Part shown: positions 48,512 through 58,024 of the stretch, in pieces | Numbering within the stretch: position 1 is the stretch's first letter | How the letters are laid out: the number at the start of each line of letters is the position of its first letter | Source: Candidatus Micrarchaeota archaeon | GTDB taxonomy: Archaea; Micrarchaeota; Micrarchaeia; Micrarchaeales; Micrarchaeaceae | DNA length: 64,000 nucleotides | Assembly (NCBI GenBank): GCA_030037075.1 | Contig: JASHRX010000023.1 | Location: 4,008 to 68,007, forward strand | Reading direction: 5' to 3' | Translations under genes and position numbers: made by a program | Notes under the pieces: model-generated | The model's database searches: none | Seen by the model: only the letters and a program-made list of their open reading frames with translations | Told to the model about the DNA's origin: nothing

Positions 48512-50170
48512 TTAGTCCTCGTGGCCCATGCCGCCCATTCCTCCTGGGCCTCCAGGACCGCCCGCGGGCGCCCTTCCTCTCGAGCTTATTATGTCGTCTA
48601 TCCTCAGTATTATCTCTGCGGCCTCGCTCGCGCTGTAGATCGCCTGCTGCTTGACCTTCAGCGGCTCGAAGACGCCAAGCTTGGACATGTCACCTATTGT
48701 GTTCTTTAGTATGTCCACTCCAGCCACCCCGCCGTCCTTCGCCTTGTGCTTGCTCCTGAGCTGCACGAGCGCGTCTATCGCGTCCATGCCTGCGCTCTCG
48801 GCCAGAGTCTTCGGGATCACTTCAACAGAGTCTGCGAACTTCTGTATCGCGAGCTGCTCCCTTCCGCCAACATCATTGGCGAAGGACCTGAGTCCATTGG
48901 CCACATCAATCTCGACGCTGCCTCCTCCTATCACATAGAGCCCATCTACCATTACGCTCGAAACTGCACCGATGACGTCGGTTATAGACCTCTCGACTTC
49001 GTCGACAACCTGCTGGTTGCCTCCCCTTACGAATATGGTTACGCTCTTCGGGTTCTTGCACTTCTCAACGAAGACCATTCGCTCTCCGCTTATCTTCCTC
49101 TCTTCTATGAGCCCCGAGAATCCTAGGTCCTTCGCCGTCAGGTCGTCCAGGCTTGTTACTATCCTTGCGCCTGTTGCCCTGCCGAGCTTCTCAACGTCGC
49201 TCTTCTTCACCCTCCTTATGGCCATTATGCCTGCCTTGGCGAGGTAGTGCTGTGCAACGTCGTCTATACCCTTCTGGGTGAAGACCGCGGTCGCGCCGCT
49301 CTTGCTTATCTTCGTTACCATGTCCTTGAGCATGCGCTCTTCCTGCTGCAGGAAGGCCTGCATCTGCTCCGGCGATGTTATCTCTATCTTGGCTTCGGTC
49401 TCTGTCTTCTCTATCTCGAGTGCCACGTCCAGCAGGGCAATCTTTGCATCCTTAACTCCCCTTGGCATTCCCGGATGCGCGACCTCCTTGTCTACCAGAA
49501 CTCCGCTTATGAGCTCCGTGTCTGCAATGCTTCCTCCGGCCTTCTTCTCTACCTTGATGAAGTCGTGGTCAATGACCGTCTTGCCCGAGGCATCCTTCTC
49601 CATCACCTGCTTCACAGCATTTATCACAATCTTGCCAAGGTGCGCCTTTGTGTTGTCATCGCCTACGTTCTTCGATCCCATAGATACGAGCGCGATTCTC
49701 TGCAATGTCTGGTCATCGCTCAGGTTCACCTTCCTTGATACCTCTTCTAGTATCTTCTCGGCCCTCTCGGCAGCCATCTTGTACCCCCTTATTATCGTTG
49801 TGGGGTGTATTCCCTGCTCTATCAGGTCGCCCGCTCCCTTGAGCAGCTCTCCCGCCATTATGACAACAGTGGTTGTGCCGTCGCCTACCTCCTTGTCCTG
49901 CGTCTTCGCTATGTCTACCATTATCTTTGCGACCGGGTGCTCCACGTTCATCTCTTCGAGGATCGTTGCTCCGTCGTTCGTTATGACAATGTCGCCCAAT
50001 TCGCTGACGAGCATCTTGTCCATTCCCTTCGGACCCAGGGTCGTCTTTACCGCGCTTGCCACTGCTACTGCCACAGCAATGTTTGTGCGCTGCGCGTCCC
50101 TCCCAAGAATCCTCGAGGCTCCTTCCGGAAGGAGCAAAACCTGTTGTCCACCTAGTTGATTTTCTGCCAT
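48512..50170 (-). CDS. ths: Thermosome subunit (group II chaperonin)
   Basis: [26 protein letters not shown] and VIGGGSVE motifs; a GGM-type C-terminal tail. Confidence 0.95.
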   Translation of the reverse strand: MAENQLGGQQVLLLPEGASRILGRDAQRTNIAVAVAVASAVKTTLGPKGMDKMLVSELGDIVITNDGATILEEMNVEHPVAKIMVDIAKTQDKEVGDGTTTVVIMAGELLKGAGDLIEQGIHPTTIIRGYKMAAERAEKILEEVSRKVNLSDDQTLQRIALVSMGSKNVGDDNTKAHLGKIVINAVKQVMEKDASGKTVIDHDFIKVEKKAGGSIADTELISGVLVDKEVAHPGMPRGVKDAKIALLDVALEIEKTETEAKIEITSPEQMQAFLQQEERMLKDMVTKISKSGATAVFTQKGIDDVAQHYLAKAGIMAIRRVKKSDVEKLGRATGARIVTSLDDLTAKDLGFSGLIEERKISGERMVFVEKCKNPKSVTIFVRGGNQQVVDEVERSITDVIGAVSSVMVDGLYVIGGGSVEIDVANGLRSFANDVGGREQLAIQKFADSVEVIPKTLAESAGMDAIDALVQLRSKHKAKDGGVAGVDILKNTIGDMSKLGVFEPLKVKQQAIYSASEAAEIILRIDDIISSRGRAPAGGPGGPGGMGGMGHED

Positions 50171-50285
50171 GATAATTCACCTTAAATCGCAAAACGAAGC
50201 CATATGCGCTATCCTTATAATGAGATAGATTCCACAGTTTGCATACAGTCTTACGGCTATATTAGCAATCTCAAAATATAAAAAG

Positions 50286-51074
50286 CTATCCCAAAAGCCT
50301 CTTTACTATCGAGTCAAAAGCCTCTTTTATATCGTCATATTGTAGCACAGGCACGCTTCCGCTATCGCTGCTTTCGTTGAATCTCTTGTCGTTTTTTATG
50401 CAGCCCAGCAGCTCCACCCCAAGCGACTTCGCGGCCTCGCTGCTGCTCTCGCTCGCCTGGCCATCCGACATGTTCTCAACGATTCCGAGTACTCCGGTGC
50501 CCAGCCGCTTTGCCATGAGTCCCGACCGCATAGAGTTCAGCCCGGCGATCTTCTGCGGTGTCGTGACTATCACGAAGCCGTCCAGGTCAAGGAGCTGCAT
50601 GATCGTGAGCGGCGCGTCAGACGTGCCCGGCGATAGGTCTATTATAAGATAATCGAGCTCGCCCCAGTCCGTGTACTCGAAGAAGTCGCTAAGCATCTTT
50701 GTTATGAGCGGGCCCCTCCAGATTATGGGCTTCTTTAGCTCGTCCACCAGCATGGCCGTGGAGGCGACCTTTACGCCGTTCTTTACGATGGGCCTGAGCG
50801 GCGCATGGTTGTCTATCTTGTCGTCGATGCCTAGGAACATTGTCACGTTCGGGCAGTCTATGTCTGCATCGAGCAGCCCCACCTTCAGGCCCCTCGAGGC
50901 GAGCGTGTACGCTAGGTTTATCGCAATGGTCGTCTTTCCCACGCCGCCCTTGGCGCTGTACACCCCTATCTTGTGCTTGATCCTCGCAAGGTTGCTCTTC
51001 ACGCGCTGCTTCTGCTCTATCACGCGCGCGAACGAGGGGTGCGCCCCGGGCGGCAGCCCCTGCGGCTGCTCCAT
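50286..51074 (-). CDS. Mrp/ApbC/NBP35-family P-loop ATPase
   Basis: KIGVYSAKGGVGKTT, LLDADIDCPN and IIDLSPGTSD motifs. Confidence 0.8.
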   Translation of the reverse strand: MEQPQGLPPGAHPSFARVIEQKQRVKSNLARIKHKIGVYSAKGGVGKTTIAINLAYTLASRGLKVGLLDADIDCPNVTMFLGIDDKIDNHAPLRPIVKNGVKVASTAMLVDELKKPIIWRGPLITKMLSDFFEYTDWGELDYLIIDLSPGTSDAPLTIMQLLDLDGFVIVTTPQKIAGLNSMRSGLMAKRLGTGVLGIVENMSDGQASESSSEAAKSLGVELLGCIKNDKRFNESSDSGSVPVLQYDDIKEAFDSIVKRLLG

Positions 51075-51229
51075 GGTAATCTATCGCGCTTCAAGTCTAA
51101 AAAGCGAGCGGCAGTGCCGCTATTCCGCCCGTATTATCTAATGGGATTAAATAGCTTTGCAAATATAACCCTAAACAGAACAACTATTCCTTTGCAGGAA
51201 ATAGGAAAAGAAAAAAGAAATGTGATAGA

Positions 51230-51589
51230 ATGAAGATAAGTGAACTAAGAGCAGGAGCCAGCAATGTTACAGTTACCGCGAAGGTCACCCAGAAGGACGA
51301 GCCAAGAGAGGTCGTCACGAAGTACGGGAAGAGGCTTAGCGTTGCGAACATAGTACTGCAGGACGATTCAGGAAGCATACCCATGTCATTGTGGGGCGAC
51401 ACGATAAACGAGGTTGACGTCGGAGACACGATAGAGGTGTCGAACGGCTACGTCAACGAATTCAGGGGATCGCCGCAACTATCGACCGGAAAGTTCGGCA
51501 AGATAAAGGTTGTCGAAAAGGGCGAGGGCGGAGGTTCGTCAGGCTCCCCGAGCTCGGAGGAGGACGAGCCATCAGAAGAGGACATGTGA
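51230..51589 (+). CDS. ssb: Single-OB-fold ssDNA-binding protein with an acidic C-terminal tail
   Basis: OB pattern (VTVTAKVTQKDEPREVVTKYGKRLSVANIVLQDDSGSIPMSLWGD), then a Gly/Ser linker and SSEEDEPSEEDM. Confidence 0.65.
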   Translation: MKISELRAGASNVTVTAKVTQKDEPREVVTKYGKRLSVANIVLQDDSGSIPMSLWGDTINEVDVGDTIEVSNGYVNEFRGSPQLSTGKFGKIKVVEKGEGGGSSGSPSSEEDEPSEEDM

Positions 51590-52624
51590 TTAACTAATCC
51601 TACGGCTTGGATTACGGTGCGGCGTCCAGTACCTCAACGTGTAGAGGAAGGCAATGGAGCCCACGGCAACGCTGAACCAGAGGTCAGCCAGCCTGCTCAT
51701 TATTGTCACGGCCGATGAGAGGTCCGCATCTAGCTTGAAGACGCTTCCGACAACGGCCACAAGTGCGCCGTCCGTCACGCCTATGCTGCCGGGCACCGCG
51801 CTCACCATGCCGAAGACGGTAGATGATGAGTATACGAAGACGGATCCCGCCAGTGATGGAGTTATCCCAAGCGCCATCAGCGAGAAGAAGAGGGTCAGGG
51901 AGTTGAGAAACGCCGCCGGCAGGGTCACGAAGAGCGAAACAGCATAGACCTTGGGCCTGTTCAGCTTGTTCTGCGCCGCGAAGTACTCCTCACCGTACGG
52001 AGTGAAGTTCTTTATGAACCTGCTCTTGTTGAGCACGTTCTTCAGCCTGCTGTACATCCAGTCGTTCAGTATGAAGAGGAATGGCAGCAGGAGCACCACG
52101 TCTATTATCGCTATGTAGGTTATGTACCTGTGGAAGTATATCGCGGCAAGTATGGCCAGGACCGCGAAGCCTATGAAGTCTGTGAAGATGTCCATTGTCA
52201 CGATCGGAACGATGTTCGCGAACCTTATCCTTGTCAGCCTATTGAGCGTGTATGCGGCAACCACCCTGCCCACGTTGCCCGGCGTTATGTTCATCGAGTA
52301 GAGCGAGAAGTATACCGCAAGGTTCTTCTTCAGGTCTACCTTCAAACCGAGCACATCCATGAAGTACTTCCACTTCACGAACCTGAGAAGAAGGCTTCCT
52401 GACACCGCAACGAACGCCAATGAGTATATGTAAAAGTTGGCACGCGATATCGTTCCAATGACGTCACTGAACCCCCCGAAGATGGCTAGGCCTATGAACA
52501 CAGCAAGGCTTCCTATCAGCCCAAGGCTGACGAATAGATAGACACGGTTGACCAGCTTGAGGTACTGCGCCTTGCTGAGCTTGGTCTGGTGAGTTATGCT
52601 ATACCAAAAAGATTGCTTGGCCAT
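51590..52624 (-). CDS. UPF0104 / lysylphosphatidylglycerol-synthase-TM-region (flippase-like) membrane protein
   Basis: About 8 TM helices, conserved TPGNVGR- and PGSIGVTDGAL-like motifs, and the neighbourhood with a glycosyltransferase. Confidence 0.55.
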   Translation of the reverse strand: MAKQSFWYSITHQTKLSKAQYLKLVNRVYLFVSLGLIGSLAVFIGLAIFGGFSDVIGTISRANFYIYSLAFVAVSGSLLLRFVKWKYFMDVLGLKVDLKKNLAVYFSLYSMNITPGNVGRVVAAYTLNRLTRIRFANIVPIVTMDIFTDFIGFAVLAILAAIYFHRYITYIAIIDVVLLLPFLFILNDWMYSRLKNVLNKSRFIKNFTPYGEEYFAAQNKLNRPKVYAVSLFVTLPAAFLNSLTLFFSLMALGITPSLAGSVFVYSSSTVFGMVSAVPGSIGVTDGALVAVVGSVFKLDADLSSAVTIMSRLADLWFSVAVGSIAFLYTLRYWTPHRNPSRRIS

Positions 52625-52631
52625 ACGCTCC

Positions 52632-53801
52632 TCAACTCTTCAATACAGATTCGAATGCGTTCTCGTACTGCCCGGCTATCACGTTCCAGTCGTGCTCCCT
52701 CTTCATCAGCTCGACTCCCTCCGATGCCCTGCGCGCAGCTGCATCCGTGTTGTCTGCAACGCTCTCGATGCCCTTCTTGATCGCCGAGACGCTCCCGGGC
52801 TTCACATACAGTCCAAACCTGTGCATCATCTCCGGAACGCCGCCAACCTTAGTCGCAACTACCGGCGTTGCGCTTGCGAGGGACTCCATCACGGCCAATG
52901 ATGCCGGCTCGTACAGCGATGCGGATACAAACATGTCCGCCGCATTGTAATAATATGGCAGGTCGCCCTCATTTATCCCCGAAACAATGCGCATCCTGTC
53001 CTGGATTCCTATGTCCTTTGCCATGTAGCCAAAAGTGTCATTGAGATATCCTCTTCCAATCATCGCCAGGTTGATGTCATAGCCATCCTTAATCGCCTCG
53101 GCAACCGCCCTTATCAGGTAGACCTGCCCTTTCTGCGCTACTAGCCTTCCGTTGTTCAGCACGTTTATTGCCCCTTTCGTAAAGCCAAGCCTTCTCGCAG
53201 CATCCCTGACCCCGCTCTCCCCCTTCTCCCTGCTCCTGAACTTTGTTGTATCCACTCCATTGTATATCACGCGGACGTACTTCCTGTACTTCGCCGGCAC
53301 GGTCGTGTCTGCGGTGTTCTGCGACACCGCTGTCACCACGTCTGCGTATTCTATGATCTTCCTGCCCCACACCACGTCGTATATGTAGCCGCTGTTGTCC
53401 GTCAGCGGGTCTATGTTCTTCGGCAACGCATCGTGCAGAGTCAACGCGAGCTTCCTGCCGATCCTCTTGATGATGCTTATCGTGTTGTAGAAGTAGATAT
53501 AGCGGTTGTTCACGTGGTAGATGTCAGAGTATTCCCTCTTGACGGCTCCGTCCAAGCCCAGCATGATCGGGAAAGGCATGGGAAAACCTGGAAAGTCCAC
53601 GTACTTGGTCTTGAGGCGCACCACCTTAATACCTGATATCTCATCAACGGACTCCCTGCCCTTCTTGTCGAGCGATGCCGATATGACAGTTACGTTGTTC
53701 CTCTTGGCAAGCCTCTTGTATACCTCATAAAGCACCCTCTCCGTCCCCCCTGCATATGGATAGAAGAAGGGGTTGAGTACGCATATGTCCAAAGTGTACA
53801 C
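52632..53801 (-). CDS. Family 4 (GT-B) glycosyltransferase
   Basis: YPYAGGTERV N-terminus and EPASLAVMESLASATPVVATKVGGVPE (E-x7-E region). Confidence 0.8.
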   Translation of the reverse strand: MYTLDICVLNPFFYPYAGGTERVLYEVYKRLAKRNNVTVISASLDKKGRESVDEISGIKVVRLKTKYVDFPGFPMPFPIMLGLDGAVKREYSDIYHVNNRYIYFYNTISIIKRIGRKLALTLHDALPKNIDPLTDNSGYIYDVVWGRKIIEYADVVTAVSQNTADTTVPAKYRKYVRVIYNGVDTTKFRSREKGESGVRDAARRLGFTKGAINVLNNGRLVAQKGQVYLIRAVAEAIKDGYDINLAMIGRGYLNDTFGYMAKDIGIQDRMRIVSGINEGDLPYYYNAADMFVSASLYEPASLAVMESLASATPVVATKVGGVPEMMHRFGLYVKPGSVSAIKKGIESVADNTDAAARRASEGVELMKREHDWNVIAGQYENAFESVLKS

Positions 53802-53889
53802 CTAAACCTTATATTCTGTGCAAGGAATTTAAAGGCTACGAGTCATATAAATACAGGCGCCGACGGTAAATTATCGAGGAGAGATCCCG

Positions 53890-55299
53890 ATGAAAAGAAA
53901 CGTAATCGTACTCATGCTCGATACTGTAAGGGCAGGGGACGTGTACGGCAAGGGCTCCGTGCACAACCTTAACAGGATGGCGGAGCACGGCACCGCTTAC
54001 CTCAACACAATCGCACCGGGAACGTGGACCGCCCCAACGCACGCCGCGCTCTTCATGGACTCAAAAGTGTCGAAGATAAAGGGCGTGTCGCAGAACTTCT
54101 TCAGGAACGGCACCAAGAAGATAGACCCGTGGATGGTGCACACCCAGTTCTTGGACAAGTCTGCAAGGACTGTTGCTGCAAAGCTGTCGGAACTCGGCTA
54201 CTATTCCGTGCTGTTCTCAAACAATCCATTCCTCACGAGCTACACGAACCTCGCAACCGGATTCGACAAGATCTATGACGTGTGGAAGGACTCGAATTCG
54301 AAGTACGACAAGAAGTCTGTCGATCGCGTCTCCTTCATGTTCAACGGCGGCACAAGGCTACGCTCCAAAGTGTTCAAGGCGTGCCACGCCGTGTCTAAGA
54401 TGATACCTGGACCGATACTCGACAGGGTGTACATGGATCTCAGGCTCAGGCTAGATAGGGGAGTTGCTGCAGCTGACGGCACGTACAGGCTCGACAGGGG
54501 AGCGCAGGACACAAACAAGGTCATCGCGAAATACCTGAAGTACAACTACAACTACGCTCCGCAGTTCATATTCGTGAACTACATAGAGGCGCACGAGAAC
54601 TATCCGGTTGCAAGCAAGGAAGTGGTGCAGGACAAGTGGCTCTACCTGAGCGGCATAGAGGAGCTCACAGACTACAGGGCAAAGATGCTGCACAACGCAT
54701 ACGAAAGGAGGCTCTCATATTTGGACAAGAAGGTGGGCGATACGATTTCCACACTCAAGAAGGCGGGCATGCTCGACAACGCCACTGTTATAGTCACATC
54801 GGACCACGGCCAGCTCTTCGGCGAGCACGGAGGGCTATACCATGCGATGCCACCCTACGAAGGTGTGTCAAAGGTTCCTCTGATAGCGGTAAACTACGAG
54901 AACGGGAAGGTCGCGAGCGATAGGGACATTGTTGAGACACCCGTGAGCCTGCTCTCGTTGCACGATGCGATACTGAACCTCGCATCAGGAAAATACGAAA
55001 GGCTGAACGGTAACCTGAGAAGGGACAAGAAGGTATTCTGCGAGCACACGGGCATACTTGAAGGATGGGACGAGCAGCTGCTCTCCCTTCTGAAGAACAG
55101 GTCAAAGATGGCGGACAAGATATACAGGGCGAAGAGGAGGTACAACAGGCGGGTTACCGCGGTGTACCAGGGCGACCTCAAGCTCCTTCATTTCTTTGGC
55201 CAGAAGAAGGACGAGCTCTACGACGTCTCAAAGGACCCGTTGGAGACCACCAACATAATAGACGCGAACAGGCACGCGGCACAGGGCATGCTCTCCTAG
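53890..55299 (+). CDS. Sulfatase-fold (alkaline-phosphatase superfamily) enzyme with a Thr in place of the Cys/Ser nucleophile
   Basis: VIVLMLDTVRAGD and SDHGQLFGEHG motifs. The nucleophile motif reads TAPTHAALF instead of C/S-x-P-x-R. Confidence 0.65.
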   Translation: MKRNVIVLMLDTVRAGDVYGKGSVHNLNRMAEHGTAYLNTIAPGTWTAPTHAALFMDSKVSKIKGVSQNFFRNGTKKIDPWMVHTQFLDKSARTVAAKLSELGYYSVLFSNNPFLTSYTNLATGFDKIYDVWKDSNSKYDKKSVDRVSFMFNGGTRLRSKVFKACHAVSKMIPGPILDRVYMDLRLRLDRGVAAADGTYRLDRGAQDTNKVIAKYLKYNYNYAPQFIFVNYIEAHENYPVASKEVVQDKWLYLSGIEELTDYRAKMLHNAYERRLSYLDKKVGDTISTLKKAGMLDNATVIVTSDHGQLFGEHGGLYHAMPPYEGVSKVPLIAVNYENGKVASDRDIVETPVSLLSLHDAILNLASGKYERLNGNLRRDKKVFCEHTGILEGWDEQLLSLLKNRSKMADKIYRAKRRYNRRVTAVYQGDLKLLHFFGQKKDELYDVSKDPLETTNIIDANRHAAQGMLS

Positions 55300-55309
55300 C
55301 TCAAAAAGG

Positions 55310-55819
55310 CTATTTTGGTAACAATTCAACGAGCTGAGTTTCTCCAATCAACTCCTTAAGAGTATTCACAGAATCCGCCGCCACATAAACCGTAAAACCA
55401 GAAGTGTCCAGAAATCCTCCTACAAACGCAATGGCCGTATCGTCCGGAACCGCAAATTTCGCAGAAATGCTCTTATCGGTAAATAGCTCAACTTTCTTTA
55501 TTCCGCTATACGGCATCGAATAATTCCCAAATTTTAGCATGTCTTTAGTTACTGTCTTCTGACTGCGATCTACAGTCGGTTTCATAGTACGCTTTAACTT
55601 ATCCCAAAGCTCTTTTCCATTCGGAACGGGAGTAATAAGCGGTTTCAGCCTTTCTTTTAGAGAAGGTTCAAACCCAGGAGCATCCATTGTGAATACACTC
55701 TGGTCTGTGAACACCAGTTGCTTCACCAAGATGGATGTACCTCCAGACCTTACTCCCGCGGTGAAAACAATAGCGCAGTACTTGAATGCCCCTATTATCT
55801 TTTCTCCCGCATTGGTCAT
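55310..55819 (-). CDS. Hypothetical protein (169 aa), no recognisable motif
   Basis: A clean ORF with protein-like composition; it appears more AT-rich than its neighbours by eye. Confidence 0.45.
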   Translation of the reverse strand: MTNAGEKIIGAFKYCAIVFTAGVRSGGTSILVKQLVFTDQSVFTMDAPGFEPSLKERLKPLITPVPNGKELWDKLKRTMKPTVDRSQKTVTKDMLKFGNYSMPYSGIKKVELFTDKSISAKFAVPDDTAIAFVGGFLDTSGFTVYVAADSVNTLKELIGETQLVELLPK

Positions 55820-55836
55820 GGTTGTCTCCTAAAAGT

Positions 55837-56679
55837 TTAGGCAGAGCCAAGTATCTTGCTCACGTACGGCTGGCTGCACACCGATGTCGGAGTCATGTTG
55901 TCTATCGCGCATATTTGTGCCGTGAAGACGTCAGCCTGCCCGATTATCGCCTGTGATACAGTTGTGTTGCTCTTGCTGAGCTGCGATATTATCTGGGACC
56001 AGGTCATCGTCCTTATGAAGCCTGGCGATAGGCTGCTCGGCAGGCCCACCACAACGCTCCTGTTGCCGAAGTCTATGAATGGGATGCAGCCACCTCCGTC
56101 GCAAGACGCCGTTGACGGGTCGTACGCAGAGATATCAGCCAGCTGAAGCGCGCTTGGCTGCTGCAACGACTGCTCAGACCTGTTCTCTATTTCTGTCGGT
56201 AGGAACGTTATCACAGAGCTGGAGTAGCTTGAATTGTAGAACGTGAATGTGGGCGTGCTCGCGTAGACATCCGTGGGGCTAGAAAGCATGTAGTGCAGAT
56301 CCGAGAGGCTCCCGAATCGCATCAGCGCAATTATGAATCCCCACCTGGTGAAGGCGCAGTATGGGCAGTACTCTGCCCCGACATAAACTACAGCAGGCTT
56401 GCCGTCCACTACGGTTATGCTCTTGTTCTTCAGCAGCGTCGGGAAAGAGGATGATGGCAACAGTCCGCTGCCCACATTGTTGGCGAGCGTGCTGTTCGCG
56501 GCTATGTTCTCCAACGCACTTATCTGCGACTGCGGGACCTGCTGCCCAACATAAGAGGAGAGGTTGCTGCTTCCAGACGTGTTCAGGTACAGCACAGCGG
56601 CCGCTATCGCTATTATCACCACAAGAGCTATCGCATAGATTATTCTGTTGTTCATATCACCACAAACAGCTGTTAACAT
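55837..56679 (-). CDS. DUF929-type membrane-anchored thioredoxin-like protein (CPYC)
   Basis: N-terminal TM anchor; [27 protein letters not shown] is the DUF929 signature as I remember it. Confidence 0.6.
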   Translation of the reverse strand: MLTAVCGDMNNRIIYAIALVVIIAIAAAVLYLNTSGSSNLSSYVGQQVPQSQISALENIAANSTLANNVGSGLLPSSSFPTLLKNKSITVVDGKPAVVYVGAEYCPYCAFTRWGFIIALMRFGSLSDLHYMLSSPTDVYASTPTFTFYNSSYSSSVITFLPTEIENRSEQSLQQPSALQLADISAYDPSTASCDGGGCIPFIDFGNRSVVVGLPSSLSPGFIRTMTWSQIISQLSKSNTTVSQAIIGQADVFTAQICAIDNMTPTSVCSQPYVSKILGSA

Positions 56680-56694
56680 TCTTCGCGAACAAAT

Positions 56695-57210
56695 TTATTG
56701 CTTACTAAAGCGGCTCGAATAGTAGAGTAGCCCGGCAATGGACTTCATGTCGACTATCTTGCCGTCGTCTATCATCTTCAGGGCTTTCTTGAGAGGCACC
56801 GCGATTACTTTTATATCCTCATACGGGTCCCTGTGCACCTTCCCCCTGCTCAGCCCCGTGGCGAGGTAGCAGTGCGCCATGTATGTTATAATCCCCGGGC
56901 TGGGGTACCCTTTGAAAAGAAATCTCATGCTTTTCGCCTTGAAGCCCGTCTCCTCCTCAAGCTCCCTCCGCGCGCACGCCTCCGGGCGCTCTCCCGCCTC
57001 CATCGTACCAGCAGGAAGCTCATAGATCCGTTTCTTTATCACTGCCCTGTATATGCGCTCGAGCACTACCCTACCATCTGGAAGTACTGGGACCATGACA
57101 GCGAAATCCGTCTTCGGGACCACCCGGTTCAGGTGCATGATGCTGCCGTTCACTATCATGTCCTCTTCTTCGACTTTGAATCTCCATCCCCTGTATACTA
57201 TCCTCTTCAA
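56695..57210 (-). CDS. NUDIX hydrolase (ADP-ribose pyrophosphatase-like)
   Basis: Nudix box GTMEAGERPEACARRELEEETGF. Confidence 0.85.
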   Translation of the reverse strand: MKRIVYRGWRFKVEEEDMIVNGSIMHLNRVVPKTDFAVMVPVLPDGRVVLERIYRAVIKKRIYELPAGTMEAGERPEACARRELEEETGFKAKSMRFLFKGYPSPGIITYMAHCYLATGLSRGKVHRDPYEDIKVIAVPLKKALKMIDDGKIVDMKSIAGLLYYSSRFSKQ

Positions 57211-57265
57211 GCAATCACTAGAATACTGACAAGCATTTATATCTTGTTTTCGTTATTGATGGGCA

Positions 57266-57407
57266 GGGGCTGTAGCGTAACTTGGCAGCGCGGCTGGCTC
57301 CAGATGTTTATAATTCGGTGAGCGGGAAACCGCGATGATGAGGATCTGGAAATACAATTAAAGCATGAAGTAACCAGCAAATCCGGGTTCAAATCCCGGC
57401 GGCCCCA
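57266..57407 (+). tRNA. tRNA-Trp (CCA) with a 69-nt intron at 37/38
   Basis: GGGGCTG/CGGCCCC acceptor, D-arm GCGT-AACTTGGC-AGCGC, anticodon stem GCTGG/CCAGC, loop CTCCAG|..|A with CCA at 57300-57302, T-arm CCGGG-TTCAAAT-CCCGG. The intron is 57304-57372 and contains ATGATGA at 57335-57341. Confidence 0.85.
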
Positions 57408-57576
57408 AATCAATAACCCTCTTAAAACTTGGTTCAAAAATGCTTGAGTCTGCAGAGATGCAGAGAGTGATGGCTGGGTTCAGAAACATTGCTACATCTG
57501 GCCCCTGTCGCTCGCTCCGCAAATCGCTCGCTAAGCCAACGTGACGCTATGAACAACAAAGCCGAACCCAATTATT

Positions 57577-57999
57577 ATGAAGGTGCGAAGCACGCACTTG
57601 TCGAGAGTGCGGGTTCGGCTGCCGGCGGCCCCAATCTGTGATCCAATGCAAGAAAGCTCCAGCGTAGTATTAAGGTCTCTTGCAAGGAGGGCCGTCCGTG
57701 CGGTTGCCGCCATAGTGATAGTGCTTCTAATTGGCACCATCGCGTTCCATTTCATGGAAGGATACACCATAGTTTATTCGTTCTTCTTCACCAGCATGCT
57801 TGCTACCGGAGAAGGGCCTCCTGCAATACCTCCTAGTGCAGCCGGCCAGCTCTTTGCATCTGTGATGGCTTTTGTAGGCACAGGCACGGTCGTTGTCTCG
57901 CTGCTCTTCATCTTCGGCCCAGTATTCAGAAGATTTCTTCTCATGGAAGAGAAGGTCCTCTCTAAGGACATCAAGAGGTTCGAGAAGAGGCGCCTCTAG
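57577..57999 (+). CDS. Minimal 2-TM pore-loop ion channel with an atypical TGEG filter
   Basis: TM1 (AAIVIVLLIGTIAF), a pore helix plus filter YSFFFTSMLATGEGPP, TM2 (LFASVMAFVGTGTVVVSLLFIF). An alternative ATG lies at 57646. Confidence 0.6.
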   Translation: MKVRSTHLSRVRVRLPAAPICDPMQESSSVVLRSLARRAVRAVAAIVIVLLIGTIAFHFMEGYTIVYSFFFTSMLATGEGPPAIPPSAAGQLFASVMAFVGTGTVVVSLLFIFGPVFRRFLLMEEKVLSKDIKRFEKRRL

Positions 58000-58024
58000 C
58001 GCCTCTTATATATTTTAGGTTCCA

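Noticed and set aside
49278-50159. Long antisense ORFs inside strongly supported genes. Examples are 293 aa opposite the thermosome, 253 aa at 1068-1829 opposite aglB, 244 aa at 33779-34513 opposite gyrA, and 251 aa at 20704-21459 opposite the giant surface gene.
   Set aside because: These are shadow ORFs with Arg/Ser/Leu-rich or otherwise non-protein-like sequences. The sense-strand genes have unambiguous family motifs.
57408-57576. A possible box C/D sRNA downstream of tRNA-Trp (GTGATGG ... TTCAGA ... CTGG).
   Set aside because: There is only a one-mismatch box C and no canonical CUGA at an appropriate distance, with no terminal stem. It is too weak to call.
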